DNA of 64,000 nt from Amoebidium appalachense. Lineage: Eukaryota; Protista; Ichthyosporea. The notes beneath the pieces are model-generated. The model searched no databases, was not told the origin of the DNA, and saw only the letters and a program-made list of their open reading frames with translations. Where the stretch lies: positions 11,118,640 through 11,182,639 of the forward strand of contig CAVNZM010000007.1 of the NCBI GenBank assembly GCA_963693365.1. The letters run 5' to 3'. Shown piece after piece: positions 1-18,866 of this stretch (the first letter of the stretch is position 1; every line of letters starts with the position of its first letter). Made by a program: the position numbers and the translations under genes.

Positions 1-1339
1 CACCGCACACACACTCACACACATCAACACACACACAACCAACCACACAGCGTTGCACACGTACGCGCGCGGGCACACACACACACTCTTGAACCCTGCA
101 GCTGGCTGCTACCGTCATGCACCTATTTAGCCATGATAGGTCTCCCCGGCCCGGACCTTTCTAGATTCAAGGCCAACACATCGTCACCGTCCGCCCTCTG
201 AGTATTCGTGCGGCATGCCTACCTCATGAGTCATATATATATGCATACACGTGCACAAGGCCTCCTACATATTGATCATAATACATGTAATAAATGTAAT
301 AGATGTGTAAACTAAGGCCTTATTTGGTTGCAACGAGCAGGTAATCAGCACAGCAGCAGCTTAGCACCTTATTGTTTTCAATCTTTTCAAGCTATATTCC
401 TACATATTAGCCTAATCGCATGTATTGAATTAGTTCAAGATCACACATTGTTTTGATCGGCACACAGCAAGATCCAGCCTATCCATTGGCCACAACATGC
501 AATATGTGATCTGATCAGGGCCGCCGTGTCATATCTCAGCACTGATCAGCCGCGTGTTGCTTAGAGTGACATATAATTCATCTATAATAGACCACATGAG
601 CTCCTCAACAGTGTAAGATACGCTGCGTGCACATGTATATATGAACACACATTAGTGCTGGCCAGCCTGGGCCTGGCTGTGCTGTCAGACTCAATTATTG
701 GCGCAACAAAAAGTATTTGCATTTCGGATTGGCTGACCGTCATCTTAACGACACCCCCGATATTTTTCATTAGGGGGGCGTTAGCGCAACATAATCTTTT
801 CAAAAAGTGTTTCTTAGAAGTAGCCCAGTAGCATAGCTGGTGACGAGCCTTCACGTAGGTGCGCACCCGTGTGACAAAGTCCCCCACGGGACTATATTGC
901 AGCGAAAAACCTGCCGGATAGACCGTATGTAGGCGTTTAACGTCTTAGCACATGAGAAGGACAAAGTTTTGTACGTGCTATGAATAAATAACAGAGTAAC
1001 TTTTCTGTGACAGGTAAAGGAGGCTCTACCATAGAAGGAAAACCCTTCAGGCTGAAACAATTGGGCCTTTATCTTTCGCACTATCTTAGCTAGCGACATT
1101 CCTACGCATGCAAAGAGATGCGTTTTTGCTTTGCAGGGTCAGTCATAATTGTTTTTGCATGACTGGTGCGTTATACCCCAGGGTTGTGGGGGAACCACGT
1201 TGGTATGGGCCATTAGATCCGCAAGATCTGATGAAGCCATGATCACTTGGCTCTCTGGCGCACAGGCACAGAACAGGTCACAGAACACGTCCGCTCACCA
1301 GCAACACAGGCCAGCCAGTTCAATGCGCCACCCAGCCGC

Positions 1340-5212
<3,873 letters not shown>

Positions 5213-5916
5213 TCGCTGAAGTAATGGGCACACACATCACACAAAGCATACATGTCACATAATCAGCATCCACACCATACAGAGCACGTGCATACACACC
5301 GTACAGAGCACGTGCACACCACGTGGCACCACATAGGCAGCTGGGAGCCAAGTGCTGCACGTTATGTCATTTGCATGACATAACTAGCACGGCCTTTAGT
5401 AATATGTCCATATATGGCAGGACATGCCATTAACACACATTGTATTGCATGCTTGGCACCCTATGTGTTATTGTGTGAGCCATTACATAGTCTGATACTA
5501 TCGGTATGGCAGATGATGGCACATGGAAAATGATCAGTATATATTGTGCGAATGTTGCGGTTCAATATCAAGGCACTTGAATGTAATGCACTCCCAACAC
5601 ATCTAAGTCAGCGCTTGCATGGCCTGGATGAAAGGAACCACGACAGCACTAACTCAATACTCGGAAGATACAGCCGGGTACAGAAACAAATAAAACATTG
5701 AAGTGACGACTTGATAATGGTGCACAGCATGGCACAGCAGCTCAATCGGTTCACTGATTTCAGTGTGCAGGCCATGGAGCCCTGCCGGCCAATGCTGAAC
5801 TTCAAGATGGTCGGGTAAACCGTTGGCATATTTTGTGGGGGCCGGCCTCCCAAGGTGCAACTATGTTGACCAAGGCACGCAAGCGTGGTGCAAGACAGGC
5901 AAGTGTAGCAGACCGG

Positions 5917-5947
<31 letters not shown>

Positions 5948-6046
5948 GGGGGGGGGGGGGTGGGTGGGGGGGGGGGGGGGGGGGGGGGGGGAGGCACAGC
6001 AAGTTGATCGATAAGCCAGTTTTAAAGGAAGGTGTCTGTGTGTGCG

Positions 6047-6131
<85 letters not shown>

Positions 6132-6381
6132 AGTTTTAGGCTTAAGTTGGCGTGCCATATTTGGCAACACAACTGAGGCCACCATGGTCATAAACCTCTA
6201 AAGCGCGGAATTTCAAGCCATCCGGTATATATGCATGCTTCAGAAAGCCTTGGATACCGAAGTATCATTTTATAGTATTACCATAGCAGGTCGTCATTTG
6301 TGAGACAGCTTGTTGAAATGAGCATACAATCGGCAGCAATTAGACCCCCTCCCCCCCCCTCCCCCCCCCCCCCCCCAAAAA

Positions 6382-6476
<95 letters not shown>

Positions 6477-7021
6477 AGCACACACACCCTTCCGCAAACC
6501 AAAGCAAAAAAAGAACCAAGAAAAAAAAGGAACCCTTAAGAAAGAAAAACACCACCACACAGTATACACACACAGACATAGACACACACAGGCACATCAT
6601 AGCATTACAGACAGAACTGTGTCTCCCCCCCCCCCCCCCCCACCACCACCACCACCACTTGCAACTCCTGCAAGTGTTTAGCCTATTCTCAAACCTTTCT
6701 CTGGGTCTCTCACAACACAGCTATCCAGAACCTCTACGCCAAAGAGACTTTCATCGTGTAGGTGAGAAAGGAGTTGCACTTCCAGTAACAGTTGCATCGA
6801 GGGATCATTGCCATGAACAGAGGAATTGACTGCATGGAATCGTGTGACTTACCCAAAATATCACGTCAGGAGCATAATTGGTGACAGGCTTATTAGCTAC
6901 TTGAACAACGACTGCAGGAGCTAAACAAATCACAGGTGCTTATTCCCTACCTCTGGAGGGTGATGGGCTATTTGATTTTTACATCCTTGTGTAGTAGGGG
7001 GGGAGGGGGTGAGGTGCGCGT

Positions 7022-7057
<36 letters not shown>

Positions 7058-7708
7058 CAAGGGAACCTTGAAAGAGTCGGTCTTAGTCCCTACAGTAAGT
7101 GGAGTAGGGAGGGCTATCAATTTGCGCCGATTTTGGTGGAGGTGGGCAGGCTCTGCCCTTTTTCCGTGAGCAAGGCTCTACGGTACGTTACAGTTTGAAG
7201 TTTTTTTTCTTTTTCTTTCGTGTAGGCTTTCAAACCATGGCACCGTCTTGTTGTCACACTAGAACAGTTGTGACTGGGAAACCATCAACCCCGCTACCCC
7301 ATGCTAACACCGATGGGTTGTGCGAGCAGGACCCGATCCGTGCCCCAGAGGCACAGCTGGTGGCGCAGCTGGCGGGGAGTGAAACGCAGAAATGGGGCTG
7401 GACAGGCGGTTGTGCATGTACGTGTACCCACCTGTGTGTCCATATCTGTTTGTGCTTGTCTAGGTGTTGGTGCTATTGAGCTCGTGTTTATGCGTGCAAA
7501 CTGCTGGTTGTAGGTGTGTGTGTGTGTGTCTCAGCCATGGGTTCAATCGTGTGTGCCAGCGCGGCCCTCTCTGTGTGTGTGTGTGGTTGTGCATGTGTGT
7601 GTATGTGTGATGATGTCGGGTTTGGTTTGTGCGCATATTGGCATATGTGTGTGGAGGTGCCTGTGAGTGTGGTGTGCACGTATGTGTGCATGGTGTTTTT
7701 TTTTTTTT

Positions 7709-7739
<31 letters not shown>

Positions 7740-8124
7740 GGATGGAGGGTTGTAAACGGCAGCTTATCCACTGGCTGGTAGGTGCATGTGTACCGATAGC
7801 AACCGTGAAGATGCCCGAGCATATGCGACCGTGATTGAATAAGAAGGAGGGTCTCTGGCACTGCCCAGCGGCTCTTGCCTCCATTTTTTGTCCCCCCTAT
7901 GCACCTCCTTGCGTGTTATGTTGCCCTGGATCCATCCAATTCTCTCTTCCCTGAGCACATGCCCACCTATCAAGGCACATACAGCAGCTTTACGAAATGG
8001 TTGCACCACCTCACTGCACAGAATTAGAGCGCAAACACGCGCACGGAGAGGCGATGGGGATCGGGGGAGGGCCTAACTCTTGACAATATTGACTGCACGT
8101 TGTTTTCTCTTGACCTTTCTATTC

Positions 8125-8183
<59 letters not shown>

Positions 8184-8585
8184 GCCAAACCAGAGGGAGC
8201 ATGTGTTCTGCACATGTTGCAAGCTCCCCGTCTAAAGGTGTTGTTGCCATCCTGTGCTCTGCATCTCTTGCAGATTGTTTCCGTGGAGTCTTCATCATGC
8301 CCCCTATTTGTAGGCTCCGCATTGGAATCCCCCCATGGAGCACGTTGTGCCCTCTTTGCTGCTTGACAATGTTACAGTGGGCATGGGTGCTGTCAGGGGT
8401 GTTGCAGAGGTGCGATGAAGGGACAGCGAGTGGACTTGGCACGGTGCCGGGCATGGCTGGCAAGGTGCGTGCACATGCAAATAACTAGGCCTAGGGGTGC
8501 CACCTGCTGCTCGTGCTCGTGCACCTGCACACCCAATTTATCCACCCACAGGTAGGGCGGAGTGCGGCGGTGTGGGTGTGTGTGG

Positions 8586-8616
<31 letters not shown>

Positions 8617-9364
8617 TGTGTGTGTGTGTGTGTGTCTGGGGGGGGGGGGGGGGGGGGGGGATATGAATGTTGTCAGAGACCCGTGTGCACCTGTGTGTGT
8701 GTGGAGAGGTCTGCAAGGGCACTGGCTGCATTCTTGCTGATGGCCGGCACAGGTGTGCTGATGTTGTGTGTGGCCTGGGCAGGACGGTGGGTTCATGCTG
8801 CCCCCCAGAACCACGGCGGACTCTGATGACTCTGATGACTTTGAGGATGACGACGCTGCCTCCCCCAGGGAAGACCCTCGCTTTCCGGTGTGTTGCCTCC
8901 CCCAACACACATGCGTTCTCTGTTCCTCTTTTATCTCTGGATGTCGTGCTCACCTTTTCCTACCCCCTTTCCTCCCCCACCTCCCTCTTTACCGTTTCTC
9001 ATAACCCAGACCCCCCCCTCCCTCACCTCTTCTATCCCCCCCCCAACCACCCCCCCACCCCTGTTACCCTAAATCACACACACGGGCGCGCGCACACACA
9101 CACACATACACGCACACACACAAACACACACACTCTCTCTCCTATCTCTCTCTCCCTCTTTCCCCCTCTCCCTTCCTCCCCCCCCCCCCTCTCTCTATCT
9201 CTCTCTCTCCCCCCCCCTCCCCCCCCTCCCTTCTTGCCCACTCTTTCTCTCTCTTTCTCTCGCACGTGAGCGTTGGCGCTGGCGTTCCTCGCTGGTTCCC
9301 CCCCCCCCCCCCCCCCCCTTTCCTCCATAAGGAACAGAGATGTAGTCCAATGTCCACACATCTG

Positions 9365-9401
<37 letters not shown>

Positions 9402-9409
9402 TTCCCCAG

Positions 9410-10511
9410 TTTGTATGGGGCGGCGCTTTGGATCCGGAGGGCGAACAGCAGGCTGCACTGTACCCGGTCTACCGCTGCAGCTGGCAGCAGGGCGGCACCA
9501 ACCACACCGTGGTGTTCCCAGACCCCCGGCCCTACGTGGCCCCCGGGGGAGGACAGTGTGTGGCACCCGTGCATGTGCGGCAGCTTGCTGCGCTACGACA
9601 CGGGCAGCTACACGGTGTATGTGCGCGAAGAGAGGCTGTGCAGCAGATACTGCCGTGCAATTGCAGAAAACCCCGTGGCCCTGGCCGCGGGAGACATCCC
9701 CCGGGCTGCGAGCCCCTGCGTCTTCGGCTTGGCGCGTCACAAACTTGTTGTGACTGATGTGCGTACCAGCTGTGTGCTTCTGCATGCCGGGCTCGCAGCT
9801 ACAACTGCCCCTCCCCCTCCCCCCCCCCCCCCCCCCCCACCAACATACCCACCCTTCCCCCCCCCCCCCCCTATTCCCGTCAGGAAAGGGAGAAACACTG
9901 TGTGGCAGACATACACGGAGACGTGACTCGCAGACCACAAGCACCAGCTATGATGCAGCAGGCTGGGCAGCACACACCACTGATCATGTCTGCCCCCCAC
10001 AGCGCCAGCCAGACAGGCCTGAGGCCTTCAACCGGGCTCGTCCATGGGCACTGAGTTGTGATGAGAAAAAAGATGCCAGGTAACCCTCCCCTCCCTCAAT
10101 CCCTCAATCCCTTTCTCCCTCTGTTCCTTCCCGCCACTCTCTATCTCGATCTCCCCCTCCCCCCCCCCCCCCCCCCCCCCTCCCCTCCTTCTCCTCAAGC
10201 ACAAACACTTTTGCTTTTTATTGCCTGGGCTGATGTTGCATATTCCTTTGTGCACCTTTGTTGCTTTTGCCTAACATTCCACCCGCCCACCCACCAACCC
10301 ACCCACACGCACCCACACAACACACACACACACACACACTGCACACACGCACACACATACACTCACCAAGCACACGATGCTCACACTACACACACTTGCT
10401 CCCCGCCCTCTCTCTTTCACGCCCCTTCTCAATGGGCCACCGCCTCCCTAACCCACACGCCATCCCCAATTCATACAGACATGCACACCTGCTCACAAAT
10501 CATGTACTTGC

Positions 10512-10542
<31 letters not shown>

Positions 10543-12670
10543 AAAAAAAAAACCCCACACACACATACACACACACAACCCCTTCATAAATCCTCCTGCC
10601 TGCCACCTCCCTCCCTGGCCCCAACACACATGCCATGCGGCACACACCACACCGCTTCTCTCCCCCACAGGGGGCTGTTCGATTATGGTTCAAAGGTGCC
10701 AAGGGTGACGGTGGAGACCGGCTTGAGTTATGAGAACGGTTCCTACGACATGCACATCACCCCAGAGCAGCTGGAGAAAATGACACAGGGCATGACGGGC
10801 CTGGGTCTCATGCAGTCGGTTATCGAAATCCACCCTATTGGTCCAGCAGCAGAGACCGAACCCACCAGCCAATCAGGAAACCCCATGCCATCCGAAGAAA
10901 TTAACAAATCCGCAGAGCCTCAAAGCAGCCAGGAAATCGGAGTATCGATGAAACTCAGAAAAACAGATGAAAAAGGACAGTGGACGGGAGCCCAAGCACC
11001 CCAAACATGGCCGGCACACCCTGCATATGCCATCCGCAAGCTGACGCAGCACCATGTGGGCACGACTGAGGCCATGCACTACTTCGGCACCATGTGTCTG
11101 GGTCGGCCATCAGCGCGCTGCCCCAGTGCCCAACCTTCTGCTATGGCCTCAGGGTCGGCATGTTCTTCAAAGCGTGCGGTTTCGATACGTGGGACCCCAC
11201 AACTCCCAAATACACACATTACCATCTCCTAATCATGGAAGCAGGCTTTCGTTCCCCCGATTCCCCTTTCCGTCTCCATGGCAACACGAACACGCCATTG
11301 CCACCCACACATGATGCAGGAGAGGAAGGTGGTGTGGTGCAACAGGCAGAGGTGGAGGCGGGAAGAGAAAATGAACCGGTGGAGGTCGGTGGTGGTTCTG
11401 AAAGCGCAAGGGAGGATGGTGGGGGGTTGGACAGAGGGAATGTGGGTGAAAACGTGGAGAGTGTGAGCCGGGGACAAGTGGGTGAAAACGTGGAGAGTGT
11501 GAGCCGGGTGAAAACGTGGAGAGTGTGAGCCGGGGACAAGTTGGTGAAACGTGGAGAGTGTGAGCCGGGGACAAGTGGGTGAGAGCGTGGAGAGTGTGAG
11601 CCGGGGACAAGTGGGTGAAAGCGTGGAGAGTGCAGGCCAGGGAAAAGTGGGTGAAAGCGTGGAGAGTGTGGGCCGGGGAAAAGTAGGTGAAAGCGTGGAG
11701 AGTGCGGGCCGGGGAAAAGTGGGTGAAAGCGTGGAGAGTGCGGGCTGGGGAAAAGTGGGTGAAAGCATGGAGAGTGCGGGCCGGCGAAAAGTGGGTGAAA
11801 TCGTGGAGAGTGCCGAGGGAGTAGGGACCAACCCAGGGGATGACCAGGTGTAGGGGGATGAAGATGGTGGCGGGAACATGGGCGGTGGTGAAAACAAGCG
11901 TGGTCGGCTCATTGAGGTGCCCACACTGCCTCGTGAGTACGGAGAGGCTGGACCTACGGGCATGGGAGCGCCGGGGCCATCATACGTAGAGGCCGCAGTG
12001 AGGCATCTGAGAGACATCCACACACACAGACACGCAAAACCACCAGCCACACCTGCACATGGGAAAGAGCAAGAATGCACCCCCACACCCGAGCCACTCA
12101 GCACCGGAGGACACACCAATGACCGCACCCCGTCCTCCCCCCTGATCGAGCAAGCAGCACGTCGACCCACACACGTGATCCCTAGGCCGGTGGATTGGCG
12201 CAGCGCCACGGCCGTGTGTGTGATTGGGTTTCGAATGCTGCTGGAGACCGTTGTGGCCCTGTGGGCTGGTGGTGGCGCCCACACCGACATGAAGGTGGGT
12301 GGGTGGGTGGTGCCGGCCACATGCCCATTCACTCAAGTGCCCGTGTGCAATTTCTTTTGTTTGCTTTTTGTCTTTCCTTTTTTTGGCCCCCCCTCCCCCC
12401 CCCCCCCCCCCCCCCCTCCTTTGGGGTGAGGGGGGAGGAGGGGGAACGTCCAATGTGATGATGGTTGTGCCTTAAGGGCCAACCACTAACCTTCCTGCAG
12501 CTGCTTTGTCACTATGGCTCTCGTTGCTAACTCCAACATGCACTGCCCACAAGTAATCTCTCCCCTCCCCCCTCTCCCCCCCTCCCTCCCCCCCCCCCCT
12601 CCCCCGGACAAACACATACACACGCACACACACGCACACGCACGCACACACGCACACATACACACACACA

Positions 12671-12706
<36 letters not shown>

Positions 12707-13260
12707 CATACACACACACACACACACAGGTGGGCAACATGGAGGTCACCGATGTGGATGTGGACCTTGGCAACGGGGAGGTGGGCACTGCATTGGTTTT
12801 CAGGGCGTTCGCTCCGGTGCTGCTTCGGTATGTGTTAGAGGATGCTCGGCAGGCAGACTTCACGGCATGCACGGTCCTGGCCCCCCGCATCCCGACCTTG
12901 GCCAGCCGCAACCTCGGCAACCAGCTGCCTGTGGACGGCACCTTCCTGCGTGCCCTATTGCTGCTCTGCCTCATGCACCCCGACATGCACGGTCTGGAGG
13001 CCCGCTTCCACCAGGCCCGGCCCCCCAACCCCCACCTCTTTCCGGTATGCCGCCGCCAGCAATGGCGAGCCCGTGACCGTGTTCTCCTGCCAGCCGGGGG
13101 ACTACGTCAACCTGCAGACGCTGGGTTGGGAGGCCGTGGACCGGGTGGGGGCAGCCGAGGGGTGGGCACCATGCTGCTGCTGGCCATGTGGCCCGTCACT
13201 CGGCCCCCCGCTAATGGCGCCCTTCCCCTGCCCACCAGGGCAGAGCGCCTGCGCTATGAG
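9410..13260 (+). pseudogene. Multi-exon gene of unknown function with apparent frameshifts (exon-like blocks ~9410-9790, ~10671-11850, ~12730-13260)
   Basis: GC-rich coding-like blocks follow pyrimidine/CA tracts ending in CAG (9409, 10670, 12729). Protein-like sequence switches frame near 11095 and 13045. No family recognised. Confidence 0.35.
11440..11820 (+). repeat. 36-bp tandem repeat, ~10 copies (reads as ESVESAGRGKVG)
   Basis: GTGGGTGAAAGCGTGGAGAGTG... units. Two units are truncated and break the frame. Confidence 0.9.
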
Positions 13261-14018
13261 CAGCTGACCGCTGCATCCCCACACAGCTGCTGTACTTCGT
13301 CGAGCAAACCTTCTGGCAAGAGTGTGACCTTGCCATGGCTGCGGTACGTAAAGAAGGGATCAACAAAGAAAGTCAACCCTAAGCCTCTCCTGTTACAACC
13401 ACTTGACACCTTTGTTCTTTTGTTTTTTCCTGGTCGTGCGTGTAATATGCTCATTGGGAGGTATGCCTTAGCATTTGAGATGAGGCTGCCGACTGGTAAC
13501 ATAGATTGAGGCTATGGAAGACATTGTGGGTGGGTGTGGTGCTGAGAGAGAGTGTTTGTGGTGCAGCTGATACTTTGTTTAGTATGGTGCTGATGCTGTG
13601 TGGTGTGCGGTGCTGATGCTGTGCGGTGCTGATGCTGTGTGGGTGCTGATGCTGTGTGGTGCTGACTCTGTGGGGCAGATGGAGGTGCTGTAGCAGAGGC
13701 GTCCGGCCATGTACCGTCGTGGGGCATCGAGCTATGCCGAGGTGTCAGCCGGGCTGCGGGGGCCCTGCGAGGGCCACCTGAATGCCTACTGGGCCATGAT
13801 CACGGGCCCGTGCCCTGCAGGTGCATAGACCCTATCCCATTGCCCTGCTCATAGCTCGTGGCCCCTGGTGTGGCCCCTAGGTCATCTATGTGAGGAACCC
13901 TCTATTGCTCATGGCCCATGCTGAAACCTGCTGGTGGTGCTGATGGGGTGGCTTTGTGTGCTCATGTGCGTAGGTGGGTGTGGGTGTGGGGGCAGGTGGG
14001 GGGGGGGGGGGGGGGAGG

Positions 14019-14064
<46 letters not shown>

Positions 14065-14332
14065 GGGAGGAAAGAGAGGGGAGGGGAGGATGATGGTGAC
14101 ATGGAAGGTGTACCCCTGTGTGTCCTGGAACATCAACTGACATCCTTGCATGCCTGCAGAGTGCAAATAGGGTCGGCTGCGGCATCCCACCCCTGCACAA
14201 CCATGTACATCTTGGGGAGTTGCAGATCGGCATGTGTTGGGTGGCCATTGTGGATCTGATTCACCTTATCTCGTGTAAACGCAGAGGCGCTGCCACCACC
14301 ACCCACCCACCCAAACACACGTTGCAGACACA

Positions 14333-14424
<92 letters not shown>

Positions 14425-15034
14425 CGCACACGAACACGCGCACACACACAAACAAACACATACACACACACACAAACACATACACGTGTGTGTGTGTGCA
14501 CAGACAATAGCCTGCACACATACATACATATGCGCACACACAGACACGGCTTACGGTGCTGCATACCACGTACCACATGCCACACACATGTGCAGAAAGA
14601 ACCGTCAATTTGTTTACAATGTCCAGACCGGCTAGCCTGAATCGATCCAGCTGCAGATGTACTCTGTATTGCCACATTCCGGTGTTCGATTACTTCCTTG
14701 GTCAAAAACAGACCAGCTGGCCTGGGGCCAGCCCATGACAATACATCGTTTATTGTTGAACTGAATGTGCATCCTTATTCTCCCCACAGCCCAAGGGGCT
14801 AGGGTAGTCTCGTGTTTTGTGTCCCCTACACAGATCACACCTCCCACACATGTGTGCTGAACACCTGTGCTCCACCGGACAACAGAATCAGATCTGACCA
14901 CCCCCTCTGGCATGCATTGTGGACAGGAGGGCCCCTACGCATGCAGCGCCACGTGTGCCCAATCCCTGTGTGCACGTGCATGGTGCTGCCATCCTGGCCT
15001 TCAAAAATGAAGGAAAAAGATGGCCCGCCCACCC

Positions 15035-15069
<35 letters not shown>

Positions 15070-15219
15070 CGCACTATTTATTGCTGCGGACATCGTCAGG
15101 GGCCCAGCCGCACTGAGACGGCCTACTGCGTTTTCCAGCGCAGCCAATCAAATGCAGCTAGTGACGTATGTACTTCCGGGGGGGAGAAGGGGGAGGGGAT
15201 CTCTCTCTTTTCTTATTTT

Positions 15220-15266
<47 letters not shown>

Positions 15267-15560
15267 ACGTTCTGCAATGTGTTGGGCAACAGGCCGTATA
15301 GTTACCCATCCATCATGTGCCACATACATTTATGGCACCCACAGAGTCAACATCAATGTGCACCCCCCCTTCAGCATTATTGCCACTCACATGTACACAG
15401 CATCCAGTACGCTCGCATGTGTGTGTGACACGTGTACGGTGTGTGTGTGTAGTATCTGTGTGCGCCCAGGATTCGCTGTGTTTGTGTATGTTTCTTCCCT
15501 GTTGGGGGATGTAACCGAGGGTGTGGGTACACGTCTGCGTATATGTGTGTTTGTGTGTGT

Positions 15561-15623
<63 letters not shown>

Positions 15624-16465
15624 AGGTAAAATGTGTTATGTGTACGGGCAACACAACACAGACTCGAGCAAAGTGCACACGATATGATAGTCTTGATGGT
15701 GGGTCAGTGTGTGTGGTTGTGGTGGAGGTGGTTGGGGGGGGGGGACAGAGTATGTGAACTTTTGCATGCCCGTGTGGGTGGAGCACACGTGTTAGCATGG
15801 CTTATAACATTGGGGGTGTTGCCGGACATGACCCGAGGACCGTAAACTTTTACATGCAAGGCATCATTGACTGAGGGGCAGTGGCATCCACCCATCATGA
15901 CGGACCCTAGGCCCTGCAGGAGCACACGGTGGCTGCTGCTTGCACCCAATATCGTGTCTTTGCACATGCCGTGCACAGGGTCTCTATGGTACGTGCAGGC
16001 ACAACGTGCCCGTGTGGCCCACCATGTGGGTCAATGATGGGACTGCTCAATGGTGCTGTGAAGCCACGGCATGGCCCTGCCCCAGCCTGCTGCGATTGGC
16101 TGCAGTCAGAGTGGCACCACCGGCAAAGCTTGGGATCATCCGGCAGCTCAAGAAACTCCTTTTTTTTGTTTTATACTATAGTCCTTTTGCGCAGCGCGTG
16201 GAGAGGGGTGGGTGGATGGATGGGTGTTGGTGATGCCATTGGGGAAGGGGGGGGGAGGAGGAAGGGTGGGGTTTGGGGGGAGGGGGGGGTGAGACGGGTG
16301 GGGGATGCTTTTTGACCCTTATTGGTTCGGATGTGGCTGAGGGAGAGTGAGCAGGCAGCTGCACTGGTCCCCACCATGGCCTAGTTGGATTCGGGTCACG
16401 AGCAGGCAACAAAGAGAGCCTTGAAGAAGACGGGGGTGGTTTTTTTCTTTTTTTTTTTTTTTTTT

Positions 16466-16496
<31 letters not shown>

Positions 16497-16612
16497 GGGG
16501 GTGATGAATATAGCTACCCTTTGATTAGTAACTTAGTAACTGAGATGGGGGCCAAACGTTGGTCACCATCCACACACAGTGACTAGTGCTGGGCCAGGCA
16601 GCAGGGGCACAC

Positions 16613-16664
<52 letters not shown>

Positions 16665-17387
16665 CGCGTGTGTGTGTGTGTGTGTGTGTGTCACACGGTG
16701 TGTGTGTGTGTGTGTGTGTCACGGTGTGTGTGTGTGTGTGTTTTTGGGGTCGGGGGGGGGGGGTCGGGGGGTCGGGGGGAGGAGGGAGGGGGTCTCGAGG
16801 GGGATGTTGTGCATGCATGTGCCTGCGGGCACACACCCTCTGCAGCCTTTCACATGTGGTTACGGGCTGAACTAAGCGCACATGTGTGTGTGTCTGGAGG
16901 GAACATAGACCCGTTTCTGCGGCAGCACATCAGCACGTGGCAACAGGCAGGGCGAACAAAGTCCAGGCGCATACTGCCTGGTGCATGGCCACGGTGTGTG
17001 TGCACGTGTCTGTGTGCATCCATGTGTGCCCCAGAAGACCTAGGCAGGTGGGTAGGGGGCAAAGGCAGAAGACCCACAAAGAGAGCGGCCCAGAAGAGGT
17101 AGGGGTAAAGGTGGGGAGGTGGGTGGAGCAGTGGTGTGGATCCGAAGGGGCGGCGGGTCGGGTGGGTTGGGGGATGGGGGGGGAGGGGGGGGGGGTGGAG
17201 GATTGGGGAAGGCCCCAGGTCAGCCTTTGTGGTGCTTAATGGCCAGGTGCAGAGGGTTTCAAAGTGAGGTTTAGGGGTGAGCACGTGGACCTGACGACGG
17301 GGGGGGAGGGGGGAGAGGATTGTGCCCCGGTTTGGGAAGACAAGTAAACTCGCTTCATTGCATGCACGTTTACTACGTATCCCCCCT

Positions 17388-17436
<49 letters not shown>

Positions 17437-17530
17437 ACTCACAACAAAAAAAAAAAAAAAAAAAAAAAGAACGATCGAAAGAAAGAAAAATTGGTGCCTA
17501 ATTATGCATAAGGGATGTGAATCAGAGCGT

Positions 17531-17583
<53 letters not shown>

Positions 17584-18754
17584 ACCACCACGACCACCAC
17601 CACCCACCCACCCACCCCCCTCCCCCCTCCCCCTCCCCCCCCCCTCCCCCTCCCCCCCCCCCCCCCCCCCCCCCTCATAGCTAAGACTGGTCTCTGTGCA
17701 CATGCTTTAAATAAACACCGTAAGCCACCGTAAGCCTTCACCCGACATATGATCTCCGCATTGTATCTCCCCTGGTGTACCTGCACTTAAGGGAGTGTGC
17801 TCAGAAGAAAAGTCGGCTGATGGGGACTGCCGTGAGCAATCAACCTCGAGGCTCAAGGGCTGAAGTTTGAGAGCCCCAGAGTGCCGTCAACCGTTTGTGG
17901 GTGAGCTGCATTAAAGTTCATGTTGGTTTTGTGCAAAACTTGGAGAAAGGGAAAAAAGAAAAAGGAAAAAAAAAGGTCACGACCACAGCACAAGACTTCG
18001 AAAAAAGAGGAGCCAGAACTGAGTAGTGAAGCACCTTTCTGTACACGTGTGCTAAAACGTGGGGTACAGCATGTGGGGACAGTGCCACAGGCCTAGGACC
18101 ATATGGTAGATTCTGGACAGATCAGTGGCTAGTGAAGACAGATGTGACGTGGTTGCTCTATCGCATTTGTGGACAAGTACTAGTACTAGTGGTGAGCGGA
18201 GCCAATGACATGTGGCTGAATATATCCACTGAGTTTGCAAATGTTCACATGATATTTGAATATTCACTCGAGCAGGCGCACCGTGTCACACTGGATATTT
18301 GAGCATCATGCATTCGATTCACCTTACACGGGTACGTACATACCTAAGACGAGGCAAATGGTGTGCAGGTGGTACATGGCAGCAAACTAAACAAGTGGCC
18401 ATGCCTTCTTGCCGGTCAGCCAGCCGTTGCCGAGCAGTTTCAAAGCTTTTTTCAGCGTGTGTAACTGTGCGATACGTATACGCATGCAATACAGTCGGGT
18501 GCATAGGGCCAGATGGCGTCTGTGCGTGCGTGCATGCGTGTGTGCATGCGTGAGTCACAGTGTGCGTGTGTACGTGTGTGCGTTTGTGCATACTATTGTT
18601 TGTGCATGTGTGCGTGTGTGCTTGTGTTTACGGGTGTGTGCTCGTGTGCGTGCGTGTGTGTACGTGTGTGTACACGTGCATGTGAGCGTGTACACGTCGG
18701 TGTGCACATACATGTCCGTGTGCATGCACGTGGTTGCGTGCGTGTGCTGCGTGC

Positions 18755-18866
<112 letters not shown>

